Position numbers and translations under genes: made by a program. Of a stretch of 64,000 nucleotides of DNA, positions 35,830 to 48,924 are shown piece after piece. The number at the start of each line of letters is the position of its first letter. The stretch's first letter is position 1. The notes under the pieces are model-generated. The model searched no databases. It saw only the letters and a program-made list of their open reading frames with translations, and was not told where the DNA came from. The stretch is from Octopus sinensis. Taxonomy: Eukaryota. The DNA is taken from positions 34,658,001-34,722,000 of the forward strand of contig NC_043005.1 of the NCBI RefSeq assembly GCF_006345805.1, given 5' to 3'.

Positions 35830-38000
35830 AATGAAGGGAAACTTAATTGGAAACTTATAAATGTCACTTAGGAAAGGCATCGCAACTAATGTACTTACTG
35901 TGAGACTGGTCCTTGCCCAGTTCTTCACCACTAAGCATGAAGGCTGCATAGTCAGAGCTAAGGCACATGTTCTAAGGAAATGAAAGCCACTCAATGGGAC
36001 TGAGTAGTATATGTACAGTGTGACAATAAAGCCATAGTTCCATCTTTGGTAGACCAAAATGGGTGCATGTTATTCTAACCTGAGTGAATGTGTATAGCAT
36101 TTCAGCAGCACTTCACACAAAAGTTTGGGAAGAATGGTAGACTGGAATGCAGGATGGACTTCAGTGCCTACCTTGACAGAATGCCATGACTTTCAGCAAG
36201 GGAAGTGGAGCATTGCAAAAAGCTGATAACAGGATAGGATGTTGAGCTGTACAAAGGGGAAAATTACATATTTTGGATGGTCTGCCCTACACGCTTTACT
36301 TTTATATGCCAGACTAGTTTGGAGGCCTCTTAGCAAATATCTTCTGCAACTGACAATAGAATGGGAGAATTTTTAGTAGCAACACTGCTCAGAAAGGGAG
36401 AATCAAATAGAAATTTTAGGACTATAACACAGATTTCAAAATTTTGGCCAAGAGGTTAGCAAAGAATTTGGCACTTGTTATTGAGGAACTGATTGGTGAT
36501 GTGAAAACATGCTACCCCAAACAGAACTATCCATGATAACCTCCACCTCAAACTATACATCATAGACAAGGTGGGTAAAGACCTGGTATGGTGTGGCTCT
36601 GATCAATTTAGATCAATCAAAGCCTTTAAAAGGGTCAACCACCACTACTTGGTGACTGTTTTCATGGTGGCTTGTTTTGGTCGCATTTTCCATGGCTGGA
36701 TTGTTACAATCTACAGTGATATCTGCTCAGTAGTAATGGTTACCTATCAGAACCATTCAACATCATTCACTCAGTCCATCAAGGTTGTCTCCTCTTGTCT
36801 CTTCTGAAAGTACTGGCTAGCTCTGGAGTCACCACAGGGGAAATCAGAGGTGTTGAGAGGTATCATGCACAAGCTAGGATGTGGGAAAACACTGTCAGCA
36901 CATGTGGACAACATCATCATTATAGTATTGAACACCAGACACATAGACCTGATTGCACTGTTCTGAAAGAATGTGAGGCAGTGACAAGAGCAAAAATTAA
37001 CAAAGAAAAGTCATTAGGCCTTGGGAAGAGGTGACAAGCAGAGTGGCTAGTCTCATCCAGAAAAGGGCCAAGAGAAAGCTGTCTCTGACAGGTCACATAC
37101 AAGTGAAGAATGCATACATTGTCTCCATTAATATTACAACTTTACTGTTGTGCCTTGCCTTGGTTTACATCTGACCAAACTAGAGCACATACTCTTCTGT
37201 TTTCTGCAGAAGGGATGTGTTCCACTGGTCAAGTGTTCCATTTGTTGTCATCCTTTACTGGATGAAGAACTGGACATGCTGTGGCTGATGATGTGCAAAC
37301 ATATGTTGAGTCTACATCTCCAGTACTTCCTTGACAGAGGGCAGGTGTGGTTACCATTTATCAGACTTGCTTTTCAGTAGCTCATTTCTTTGACTGAGCT
37401 GCAATCCTGGAACAAGCTGAGACCAAGGTAGGGCACCTGGCACCTAGAGTGTCATTAGGTGTTGACAGTCCTCTATCAGTCGAGCAATGTAGTCAGTGGA
37501 AGTTCCACTTTAGAATTCTATAGAGGTGTAGTGGTGAGCAAGTGCAATGATGTTCTTGAGGAGACTTTGGACATAGACAATAATCAACTGGCTGGTCTGT
37601 TCTAGAGGACTGGGGCCTATGAATAATTTCCAGACATCCTTAGTATGGCAGTACTACTGGGAAGTATTGCCATTTCAGGATAAACTCTACAGACTTTGAA
37701 GTGCTATCAGCCAGGTTTGCCTTAAATGCATATAGAGCAACAAAACTGTCCTGCATGCTTTCATCCAGTGCCCAAGCATTAATGATTAGTGGGTTTATGT
37801 TAAACACCAGCTGTCATATGTAGGATGGACCCATCTATCAGTTGAGACCATTGTGAAGATCATTAAGCTTCACTCTTATGGTCAGAAATGGGCTTGTACA
37901 AATTTCAATTGTTTCCAAAGGAATTTTTGTCCATTCTTCAGCTAAAACAGTCTCCAGTTCTTGTAGTGATGATGATGGAGGATATTGACTCCTTACTTGA
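35830..38000 (+). mobile_element. Old degenerate Tx1/L1-clade LINE (RT region)
   Basis: Broken frames give LDGLPY, KILAKRLAK, RTIHDNLHL, ALINLDQSKAF.RVNH.YL, SV.QGC. Confidence 0.8.
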
Positions 38001-38254
38001 GATCAGTATGTTTGTCGTCTTGGGTACTTAAACCGATTTACAATGGATATAGGGTACCCATTGATTTTCAATACCTTTAGGAAGTGTGTTGTGTGGGTTA
38101 TCTTGTCCTCTGTCCTGCTGCGCTTGCTCTGGGTGTTTGTAAGTTAATTTCTGGTGTATACTATTTTGGCACTGAGTGGAAGGGCTGAATTTTAGTGAAC
38201 AAACATATCTCAACTGGCTGCTTTCCTGTAGAACTTGGTGTGGGTCTCTCCTTC

Positions 38255-38550
38255 TATTTATGTCTACCAAATCCACTCACAAGGCTTTGGTCAGCCTGAG
38301 GTTATTGTAGAAGACACTTGCCCAAGGTGCCATACAGTGGGACTGAACCTGGAATCATGTGGTTGGGAAGCAAGCTTCTTACCACACAGCCACTCCTGCA
38401 CCTCTTTACATACACACGAGAAAACTTCTTTTGGTTACTGTGTACCAAATCCACTCACAAGCCGGAATACATAGAAGACACTTGCTTAAAGTGGGTTCTG
38501 AAACTGAAAACATAATGTAGGGGAAAAAAACCCCATTTTAACCACACTGC
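38255..38550 (-). mobile_element. Two SINE family C 5' halves
   Basis: ccaaatccactcacaag...gaagacacttgc twice. Confidence 0.8.
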
Positions 38551-39769
38551 CATACGCATATATGCCCAATAAACTAAAAATATAAGTGTAAAACTAAACT
38601 TGATTTTACATTTTCCTGGCCTTAATTAAATGTGTGACCTTGCAACCAGGATAGATATCTTAATCATAATCATCATCACTTATCAGTCATCATGCTCATC
38701 ATGTTTTCAACAACCTCACCCCCCCCCGTTGAGTTTCAGCAGCACCACCAGATGCATCTCCATATTCCTGAGGTTAACATTTTCCACATTGTTGCTGAGG
38801 GCTGCTTTGTTACAACTGGGTTTATTTTAGTGCTTTTTGCCTGTTGGTATAGATATCTTCTGTGTCAGTTGTGTTCTGTTAGGATTTGGGGGATTCATTG
38901 GAGCTTTTGTTATTATTTGTATTTTTACTATTTCTTAAACATTTTTATGTAAACCTCTCTCTGTGTTGTATCCCGTCCTTCATTTCATCTCTGTTGCCTT
39001 TGAGTACTTGTGTCTAATAAAAGATGGTTATTATTATTGTCGTATACAGGATACAGTAGTGAAGTACTAAAAAGATACAAGGCAATATAATTCATTATTT
39101 AGAAACTGCTGCTGCTACTGTTGTTGCTGCTGGTGCTGTTTGTGGTGATTGCTGATCAGCTGATGTATGCATTGTGAGAAGGATATTGGTCAAGGGAGGA
39201 AAAAAACAAAAAGAGACGAGGTGTGGGGTGGTGGAGGAGAGAAAGGCTGATCGGTGCATGGAGATGGAGGGAGGAGGTGTGGCTGCTTGGATAAATGGAT
39301 GAACTGTGAAATAAGAGAGGACTGTAAACAGATGGAAGTGCTGCACCTAGGTACAATAACAAACAAGGAAATAAAACACACCTCACAACATCCTGATTAA
39401 ATAAACCTGCCCTTTATGTTCTATACCAATATTTCTCCTCCTAACTCACCACCACCACCACCACCATAACCCAAAGGTGGGGAGGAGTTTACAAAGATGA
39501 TAAATGAGATGGTAGGGGTAAAAGCTCTGCTCCAGAAAAACAAAAGAAGAGACCTAAACATCTAAATGAGATTATAATTGCTGCAGACAAGTATATACAC
39601 ACATACACACAAACATATACGGTCACACATACAAGCATAATTAAATACACAGTGTATAGGTAACTTGTCAAAGAGTAAGTTGACCATAGTTTCTAATGAT
39701 GTAGAACTTGTTAGAAATAGATCCAAAATCTCTCTCAAAAAAAGAAAAAGGACATATTGAGCAATACCA

Positions 39770-40140
39770 TCATCATCATCATTAAATGTCTGTTGTCCAT
39801 GCTGGCACGGGTTGGACAGTTTGATGAGAGCTGGTAAGCTGGGGAGCAGCACCAGACTCCAGTCTGATTTGGCATGGTTTCTACAACTGGATCCCCTTCC
39901 TAGTGCCAACCACTTTATAGAGTGTGCTGGGTGCTTCTTCGTGGCACCTCACAAGTGCTTTCATGTGGTGCTGCATGGGTGCTTTTATGTGACACCGCAT
40001 GGACACTTTCACGTGGCTCCACCATGAGTGCCTTTCACCACCAAAGGGACCGGTCTTAACATTTCAGTTGCAGAGTATGGGTCTTCTTGAGTACAGCAAG
40101 GCAGCAGGCATCTCAGTCCTTTGTCATCTCACCTGAAAGG
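39770..40140 (-). mobile_element. Family B / RTE 3' end
   Basis: (CAT)n then ccatgctggcacgggttggac...ctggatccccttcctagtgccaacc. Confidence 0.78.
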
Positions 40141-40269
40141 TTCAGCGTACTGAAGATATAATTTTGGAAACACAAAAAATGTGATGGCTATGGTTGGAAT
40201 GTCTTTGATGATAGGTCTATGGGGGTAATGGTGACCTGGGTCAAACAAACAATAATAACTACAACTGAC

Positions 40270-40490
40270 TAACTATTTGGCCTTATTTTATCCTACCATA
40301 TTTCTGGTGAAATACATTGTCTTTGTGTCAATTAACGTTGAAAATAAAGAAGTAAAATAACTTTCTCATAATTAAACTGCTGTTTGGAACATAAATTCAT
40401 GTGAAATTTTGATGGAAGGTTTTAATTTAGATCACTTTAAAATCAGAAGTTTGTATTGTGGTCTCAGGTAGATTTGTATCAAAAGGGGTT
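40270..40490. mobile_element. Degenerate MITE related to the TTAA family
   Basis: gtaaaataactt...ggaacataaatt...tttgatggaaggttttaatt...aaaaggggtta resembles 16272-16486. Confidence 0.45.
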
Positions 40491-41557
40491 AGTGAAATGA
40501 TGCATGGGGATAGTGCCCAACTTCGATTTTCTGTGGACTTGATTGACATCCAGTTAAATCTACAGAAACCTTCTGACTCTCCAATTTGCAGGCCTAGAGC
40601 ACTGGTCTATCACATTTCATGAGAGGAACTGAAGCGAGTTCTAATTAGCAATTAAAAGATGTTTCAGTTTTGTGGTCTTGCCACAGTTTACAGTAGTGGA
40701 ATATAACCCATAGCAGTATGTATGCATTTAGTTTTGTTTTTTAATAAGCTAGGAAGAAGAGTAGGAAAAGACGTGTTCATGACCTTTGTAGTCACTCTCA
40801 GCCTGGTGAAATAGATTTGAAGATTGTTGTTCTTAAACATTGATATGTCAATGATTTAAGGAAAAGTACGGGAAGAGACAGAATTTTAAAGAATTACAGT
40901 CACCAGTGGAAGTTCAAAGTCTGAAAGGTGAGAAAGGCACAGTGAATCTGGTCAGAGTAGAATATACAAGTAGGTGGGCATGAGTGGAGAGGCATACAGA
41001 CAGCAAGTTCAAAAGAGCAGAAGACATTGTAGTAGTGGTACAGGAGGAGACACAGAGAGGAAATAATGTACTGAATGATTGTAGCAAGTTAAAAAGTGGT
41101 TCTTTGTCAGATAATTACATGGTTTTCTTTTGGGTTTAGTCTCAGTGGTTTGAAAGTAGAGGCAGCAGCATCAACATCTCATACTCCAATGTGAAGAAGA
41201 CTTCAACATGAATCTTTATTGTTTCTTTACAACAAACACAATAGTAATGCAATCACAAGATATTAATATAAACCTCTTATCTCTTGGTTGGTTGCACTAC
41301 AACCTTACTGCTTTGCCTGGGAGAGAGAAGTTACAAGGATCCGGATGAAAGGTAAAGGTTGTGAAATGAATCACTATAATCCTCATCTTAAACTATCAAA
41401 GCTGCCTTCATTTTGGTCAAAGTAACACTAAATACAGATGTGTATTACAGGTATATATCTATGTCTAGCCTTCAATATTCACATTGTTTTGTCAAATGTA
41501 CAACAGTACAATGCAATTTATAGCAAACATACTATTGCTTACATGTAAAATAAAATA

Positions 41558-41774
41558 TGAGCGGGTGTTGAAAAGTTCCTGGATTTGGGTATAAGAAAAT
41601 ACAGGTGGATCAGTTAATTGTGATTTTATTGAACATATTCCCCTCTCAGATTCACATACTAATTGCAGTTGTCCTTCAGTTTTTCTAAGTCCTGTAAAAG
41701 AACTTGGAAGGTTGGGTCTCCAACCAAACCTTTCACAATACCCTTAAAACCAGGAACTTTTCAGCACCCTCTTG
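41558..41774. mobile_element. mariner-type MITE, TA TSD
   Basis: ta|tgagcgggtgttgaaaagttcctgg ... ccaggaacttttcagcaccctcttg|ta. Confidence 0.85.
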
Positions 41775-42485
41775 TATTAATACACTAAAATAAATTATTT
41801 TTGCATGATGTAGACTGTGAAATGATTGTCACCCCATGAATAATTGTTGGTGAAATAAATATATTCAACTCATACCACCTGGATTTCTTTATATTCTATA
41901 TACTTCCCATGAAACGATTTTCACTGATTGGATTTACTGGATTTCAACTGCATTGGGCTCTACATTACACTTCTACGTATTGGTTTACTATGTGGTTAGT
42001 AGCTTGGGTTATATAAATCTGTATATTGTATATTAAATTTATGACTGATATATATGTATTTATTGATAAAACACTCTGTATTGGTACTGAGGTAATTATC
42101 TCTGACACATTAACAGGGTGCATACAAGATAGTATGAAGTGACACTGTACATGACTGCTGTGCACTAAGTGTGGGCTAAATCTCACACACGTAAGAAGGC
42201 AGAGGTTAAAACTGAGTATCTGGTTTTGGAGTTGTAACCAAGCAGCAACAGCAGCAGTAGCAGCAGCAATGACAACAACAACAAAGAACACCATGATGAT
42301 ATGATGACTCAGAAAGATAGCTTTATAACACAAACCCCAAAAATAAATAAATAAAAGGAAAAAGAATATTGATAATCAATTGATATCACTATTTGTCAGT
42401 GTAGATATTTTAGTGTGTGTGTGTGCGTGCGTGTATCATTATTATCATTGTTTAGCATGTCTTCAATGATAGAATGGGTAGTGAA

Positions 42486-42516
<31 letters not shown>

Positions 42517-42645
42517 GTACGACCCCTTTCGATCGAAATTCAACTCCCCTTTTTCTTTCTTGCTTTCTTTCCTTCCTCAAAAGAAAAGCACTACTTTGTA
42601 TTTTGTCCCCTCTGTATTCAGCCCTGTGTGGCTAATAAAGAAACA
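42517..42645 (+). mobile_element. Very short 3' end of a Tx1 LINE inside a (TATC)n tract
   Basis: Homologous to 43800-43917; (TATC)n on both sides. Confidence 0.85.
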
Positions 42646-42655
42646 TATCTATCTA

Positions 42656-42698
<43 letters not shown>

Positions 42699-43917
42699 TT
42701 GCTGCCAACACCCATTAAAAGGAGGGCTGGGCATGCCGTGGTTGATGATGCACAGACATGCACCGAGACTGCGACATCTCCGGCTCTACGTAGACGACGG
42801 CGAACAGGTGTGGTTGCAGTTTGTGAGGCATGTATTCCCGTAGCTCGTCTCCATGACCGAACTGCAGTCATGGATTGAAAAGAGGCTGAGGAAGTGCAAA
42901 TGGCACTGTGAGTGTCGCGCTGCTCTTGAGCAACTATGCCGTGCCAGGTCGACCATGAGCGACTGCAACACAACCAAAGCATTCCATAGGGGATTGGTGG
43001 AGGGGAGGTACGACAACGATCTCGGGGCGAACCTGGGCATCGACAAGGAATAACTGACCCGCCTTTTCAAGACGACTTTCGGGCCGGGACCTATGGACAA
43101 CTTCCAGAGATCCCTGGCCTGGCAATGCTATCGAGGAGTACTACCTGTTCAGGATAAGCTCTACAGCTATGACTCGAGAAACACAGGTCTGATCTGCCCG
43201 AGATGCAGTCAGAGTGATGAAACCATTCTGCACACACTCATACAGTGTCCAATCATTTTCGAACTGTGGGCCTATGTCGAATGACTGCTACCATATGTAG
43301 GAGTTTATCAACTGAGTCTATCGTGAATATTGTCGCACCTCCTTCCTTGAAACGGGAAGGAAGAGCCATTTTCATCGTACTTGTGGCTATGGCGAAAGAA
43401 TGTGTATGGTGGATGCGTCTGAATGGTCGAGAGACAAACACTTTCCTCTCTGGTCAATCTCTCATCAGCTTCTTTAAGTATCACTTGAAAAGGAAAGTGA
43501 GAGTAGAGAGGGAAGTTTTGTCTAGGGAATGTTTCACAAAAAGATGGGTGAATGTAGCAAGGACGGCACGTGTGAATGACGGAGCCACATTGAGCATAAT
43601 CCTATGAACCAAAAAAAAAAGGAAAAAAGAGAGTCACTTACTGCAATGTGTCTTTTGCATGACATTATTGCCCGAGGTTACCAGGGTCTTTTCCGTAGGC
43701 TTTTCTTTCCACAGATAAATCTAGTCTGTTTTCCTCTTTTTACATTATGACATTTCTGTGATACACGATCCCTATTGATCGGCCTTATTTTTCTTTTCCA
43801 CAATCCCTTTTGATCGAAATTCTACCTCACCTTTTTTTTTCTTCTTCCCAAAAAGAAAAGGTCTACTTTGTATTTTGTTCCCTCTGTGTTCAACCCTGTG
43901 TGGCCAATAAAGAAACA
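42699..43917 (+). mobile_element. 5'-truncated Tx1-clade LINE (C-terminal zinc-binding region plus 3' UTR)
   Basis: FQRSLAWQCYRGVLPV..KL, CPRCSQSDETILHTLIQCP, LVAMAKECVWW.R; ends aataaagaaaca then tatctatctatct. Confidence 0.88.
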
Positions 43918-44014
43918 TATCTATCTATCTGTCAATATATATGTATATATATATGCATGCATGTGTGTTTTGGCATATATGCGTGACTGTGAAAATCTAT
44001 GTGTATGCTGTGTA

Positions 44015-44078
<64 letters not shown>

Positions 44079-44373
44079 TACATATACATACACACACACA
44101 TGTGCCTGCACGTGTGTTTATGTATTGTGCATAGCTGCTAGAAGAAAAGCTCTTCTTTGACCAGAAAGGAGAAATGAATAATCTTTCAAAAATGATGGCA
44201 TTTATTTACTTTTGAGATGTATGTGTATATGCATGTGGATGGATGGAGAGAGAAAAAGAGAGAGAGAGAAACATATACACATTTTGACATGTATATATAT
44301 ATATATATATATATATAGTTGAAGTAGATAAATGAATTATCTTATTACGGATAATTCAAAAGATAACCGATAC

Positions 44374-44494
44374 CTGGGTAGCAAAATTCACAACAGAATA
44401 GACAGTTTGTATCATTAATTTCATGGGCTCCTCGTGAGCATTTGTCGAAAAGCTTGTTGTGCATTTTGTTGGAGAATTAAGTTCCTGGATTTTC
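44374..44494 (-). CDS. Candidate exon: (x)KIQELNSPTKCTTSFSTNAHEEPMKLMIQTVYSVVNFATQ (or 5' UTR plus start)
   Basis: Acceptor cattttgcagctttctcttcag, donor cag/gtatcg, 121 nt open in one frame, non-repetitive CpG-retaining DNA. Confidence 0.35.
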
Positions 44495-45304
44495 CTGAAG
44501 AGAAAGCTGCAAAATGGACTCCTTATTCAATCGGAATTAGGGACTTTGCAGACTTCGAAACATATGTCGAAAATAAAATAAAGGAATTTTGTTAAATCTT
44601 CGTTCAGCTCCATTCTTTCCTATACTTAATATATATATATTTCTGAGTGTAAGTGTGTGCATGTGTACATGTACATACACACACACACATGTTTTTTCTA
44701 CATCATCTAATTCAAATTCTTTGAGTTGTTAACTGAGGATGAAGATTTAACTTCAAACCTTTGTAAACTATCTCCTCCCTTCCATCATTGGTTCCTTTTT
44801 TCATTTGTCTCAAGAATTACTTTGGTTTCGTTATTTATTTAGAGATTTTGCAATTTTAGCAAACTTTGCTAAGATACTATTTGTAGTTTTTATTTTAAGG
44901 AAATATAATTTGATATAAACACACACATTACACACAGGTTGCTCTCTAGTATGGCTTTCATCATAATGGTTAGAATAAACTAAAGTACGCACACACACAC
45001 ACATATCATGGTACCAATATATATATATATTGCTTAGGCATTGTAGAACTAATAAGCTAGTGCAGAACACAATGTACATATGCTTCAGAGCAAAGTGTAA
45101 GTCATGTACAGAGTAGCAATTGGAAGACAACCTCCAAATAAATTGCACTTTATATTCAAAACTCCAACGAAGATATAAGGTGTTATTCAAGCACACACGA
45201 GTCGACTGCTATCTTATAGCAGAAACAGCTGTAAGCTAATGGAGTTCAGAAGATAATTGTTTATTCCTCTGTTATCTTATTATCTCTTATATGTATACAT
45301 AAGA

Positions 45305-45700
45305 GGCACAGGTGTGGCTATGTAGTAAGAAGATTGCTTCCCAACCACATGGTTCTGGGTTCAGTCCCCACTGCATGGCACCTTGGGCAAGTGTTTTCTG
45401 TTATAGCCTAAGGCTGACCAAAGCCTTGTGAGAGGATTTGATAGAAGGAAACTGAAAGAAACCCATCGTATATATGTATATATATGTATATGCTTGTGTG
45501 TCTGTGTTTGTTCCCTCCCCATCGCTTGACAACCAATGTTGGTGTGTTTATGTCCCTGTTAGCTAGCATTTCGGCAAAAAGAGACCAATAGAATAAGTAC
45601 AAGGCTTACAAAGAATAAGTCCTAGGTTCGATTTCTTTGACTAAAGGTGGTGCTCCAGCATGGCCACAGTCAAATGACTGAAACAAGTAAAAGAATAAAA
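45305..45700 (+). mobile_element. SINE family C
   Basis: Full bipartite family C sequence. Confidence 0.9.
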
Positions 45701-45769
45701 GAATATATATATTCTGTGATTATTTGGTAGGTGGTATCGAATTTTAATATTTGTAAAAAATAAAAATAA

Positions 45770-45930
45770 TGGTTTCAAATTTTGCCACAATGGCACCCAT
45801 TTTGGGGGAAGAAATGAATCAATTACATCGACCCCAGTGCTCAAGTGCTACTTATTTTATCGACTCTGAAAGGATGAAAGGCAAAGTTGACCTTGGCAGA
45901 ATTTAAACTCAGATTGAAGGGATGGGCAAA
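45770..45930 (-). mobile_element. SINE family A
   Basis: attacatcgaccccagtg...gaaaggatgaaaggcaaagttgaccttggcagaattt. Confidence 0.8.
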
Positions 45931-46060
45931 ATACCGATTATTTCTAAACTTCTAAACCCAATTTTTTTTCTGTCAAGGGCTTATATGCCCCAATATTAGA
46001 CTATTTAACTTAGTCAATGCATGGTGATCGGTTATAAACTTTAAGCTTGTAAAGAAATTT

Positions 46061-46099
<39 letters not shown>

Positions 46100-46101
<2 letters not shown>

Positions 46102-46260
46102 GCAGGTGTGGCTGTGTGGTAAGAAGCTTGCTTCCTAATCACATGGTTCTGGGTTCAGTCCCACTGCATGGCACCTTGAGGAAATGCCTTCTACTATAGT
46201 CTCGGGTTGACCAAAGCCTTGTGAGTGGATTTGGGAGAGAGAAACTGGAAGAAGCCCGTT

Positions 46261-46291
<31 letters not shown>

Positions 46292-46490
46292 CATATATTC
46301 GTGTGTCTCCAAAGCTGGTGTGTTTATGTTTCTGTAACTTAGCAGTTTGGCAAAAGTGACTAATAGAATAAGTACTAGGCTTACAAAAAATAAGGCCAGG
46401 GGTTGATTTCTTCAACTAATATCCTTTAAGGTGGTGCTCCAGCATGGTCACAGTCAAATGACTTAAGCAAGTAAAAGAATAAAAGAATAA
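46100..46490 (+). mobile_element. SINE family C
   Basis: Full family C sequence, (TA)n spacer. Confidence 0.9.
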
Positions 46491-46740
46491 AAAAGATATA
46501 TATAAATTGAGGGGAATAATATAATCTTGGCTATCACCTCATTAACACATCATACCAGATCCTGGCCAGCATAGTATTACAAAATTAAAATAGAGATCTA
46601 TAAAACATTGATTGGTATAATTGAGTGCATTATACAACTCCAAGGTAACGTCCAGTAGACTTAAAATAAGCAGAGTGAATGATAAAAGTAATAATTGAGA
46701 TGGGGAAAGGAGGAGTTAAATTGACATTACAATTATTTCC

Positions 46741-47231
46741 ATGAACAAACATTACTTTTATTCCATATCTCATACAGTGTTATGCAATTCATACAATGTT
46801 AGAATACATACCATAACATATGGAAATATGTAATGATTCTATAATCCATTTACTTCTTCAAAAGTCATGATTTGAAGGCACCATCGACCAAATGAATGTT
46901 TCGGAATTAGTTCATTTGGGCATGTCACTATGTAAATAGAATGAATACTTATAGATAGCTTTCATTTGATATTTCCTCTAGGTTTTAAGACAATAAATCT
47001 TAAAAAAAGTAAGTCAAAATAAAGTTTTAAAAAACCCACTGGAATTCATCTTATAGAATAAAGCATTAACCACAGAAAAACCATCAGCCATTAAATGGCA
47101 TTTGGTTGATAGTGCCTTCAAATCATGACATCTGAGGAAGCTAATGGACTTTAGAATTATTACATATTTCCATATATTATAGCATGTATTCCATAACATT
47201 GTATGAGATATGGAATAAAGATATTGTTCAT
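46741..47231. repeat. Long inverted repeat (46741-46894 / 47099-47231), MITE-like
   Basis: atatggaaatatgtaat..gtcatgatttgaaggcac..ccaaatg is present on both strands. Confidence 0.82.
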
Positions 47232-47341
47232 TTATGGAAATGATTGTAACATCAATTTGACTTCTTTTTCCCCTCTCTCTCTCTCTCTATGTATTTGTAT
47301 ATATGTATACATACATGTATATCCGTGTGTGTATGTGTATG

Positions 47342-47373
<32 letters not shown>

Positions 47374-48213
47374 TGCATATAAATATATATCTGTAGCATG
47401 TGTGTGTGTGTGCACATGCAGGTGTGTGGATATGTATGTGTCAATAAAAAATATTTCGTTATTAGCAAAGTGAAGCTCTTCAGGAATGATAAAAACAACA
47501 ATAAAAATTCACTAAAAATATACTGAATGTCATGAAAATTCTGGATAATGATATAAAAAAAACATCGACTTGTATTACATAATGGTTGTGATGGTGGTGG
47601 TGGTGGTAGTTGTTGTAGTTGTTTGTTGATGAGTGTCAGTGCAGCAGTTATTTCTCTACCTGTATTGATGTTCTTGTTGTTGGTGTATTTTTCTACATTT
47701 CTTAGTGTTGCAGTTTCTGATGCACTTTCAACTGCTGCAGCTGCTGTTGTTGTTGTTGTTGTTGTTAATGCATAACTGCTGTTGTTGTTGTAGTAGTAGT
47801 TAATAGTGCACCATTATTGTCATTGTTGTTGTTGTTGTTGTTGCTGTTGTTGTAATTGTTTCTGAAGAACATTTTTCTTTTGATCTGTCTTGGATCAGTT
47901 ATGGTTTATTCCAGAACATGAATTCTAAACCTTTAAAAACTCCCTCCCCATCATCAACCCCAGAAAAAATATAAAAGAAGATTAAGTATAAAAAAGAAGA
48001 CAGACTCTGAGACACACACATACACAGACACACACAAACACAGGCAGATACATGCACATATACACACATCAACATTCCCATCCAGCTTAGTTTGCATACA
48101 TGTTCACTGAAATAAAAGTACATAAATAAATAAATAAAAATTCAGATAATATTAGCAAAGAATTTATTTGTTCATAAGCAATGGTACATGTTGGATTAAT
48201 AAGTGTTACTCAC

Positions 48214-48238
48214 TAGAATGGAGACAGCTCTAGAATTC
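48214..48238 (-). other. Candidate 25-nt microexon
   Basis: ttcttcttcttcttttatgttaattatattcag / GAATTCTAGAGCTGTCTCCATTCTA / gtgagt. Confidence 0.3.
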
Positions 48239-48924
48239 CTGAATATAATTAACATAAAAGAAGAAGAAGAACAACAAATTTTATTCATCCTTAAAATCTA
48301 CGTTTGTTAAACCCTTGATGAAATTGGTTTAATGGTTTCCACCCTAAATTCAGTCATTCTTATCCTACGTCATCATTTTGTTAAGGTTCTAATTTAATTG
48401 CTATAAGGTTGCATGTTACTTATCACTAAAACCACCTTTTTGATAAAAAAAAGGGGAGTATGAATTCTTTTCCCATTCTATTTGTTGAGTCAGGTGGAAG
48501 GGAGAGAGTACTCACTATCTATGTAGGATGTTCTCTTTAAACCATTGCAAGTCAACACCTGTGGGAAAGAAACAAGCAGGTAGAAGATTCCATAGGGATG
48601 ATGTTCTGAAGAGGACATACTGAGTGTAGTGGTGAGTGCAATGAGGTGAGGGATTCAACAAGGGTGATTGGAGAAGGAAAGACAAGTTGGTTGATGATGT
48701 CTAAGTAATGAAGATAGGAGATGAAACAAGCTATTGAAGAACAGAGGCTATAATAGTAGTAGTAGAAAAGACAGAGAAAGGAGATAGTACATCTGTGGGC
48801 CAGAGGCTGGAGTGTGTCCATAAGTGATTGAAAGCCAATCAGTCAAGTGGTCATGAGAACAGTTTACCATTGTGGACATTCCTTGAGCCTTGTACAGAAG
48901 CAGCAACTGCTGTGAGTTGAAATA

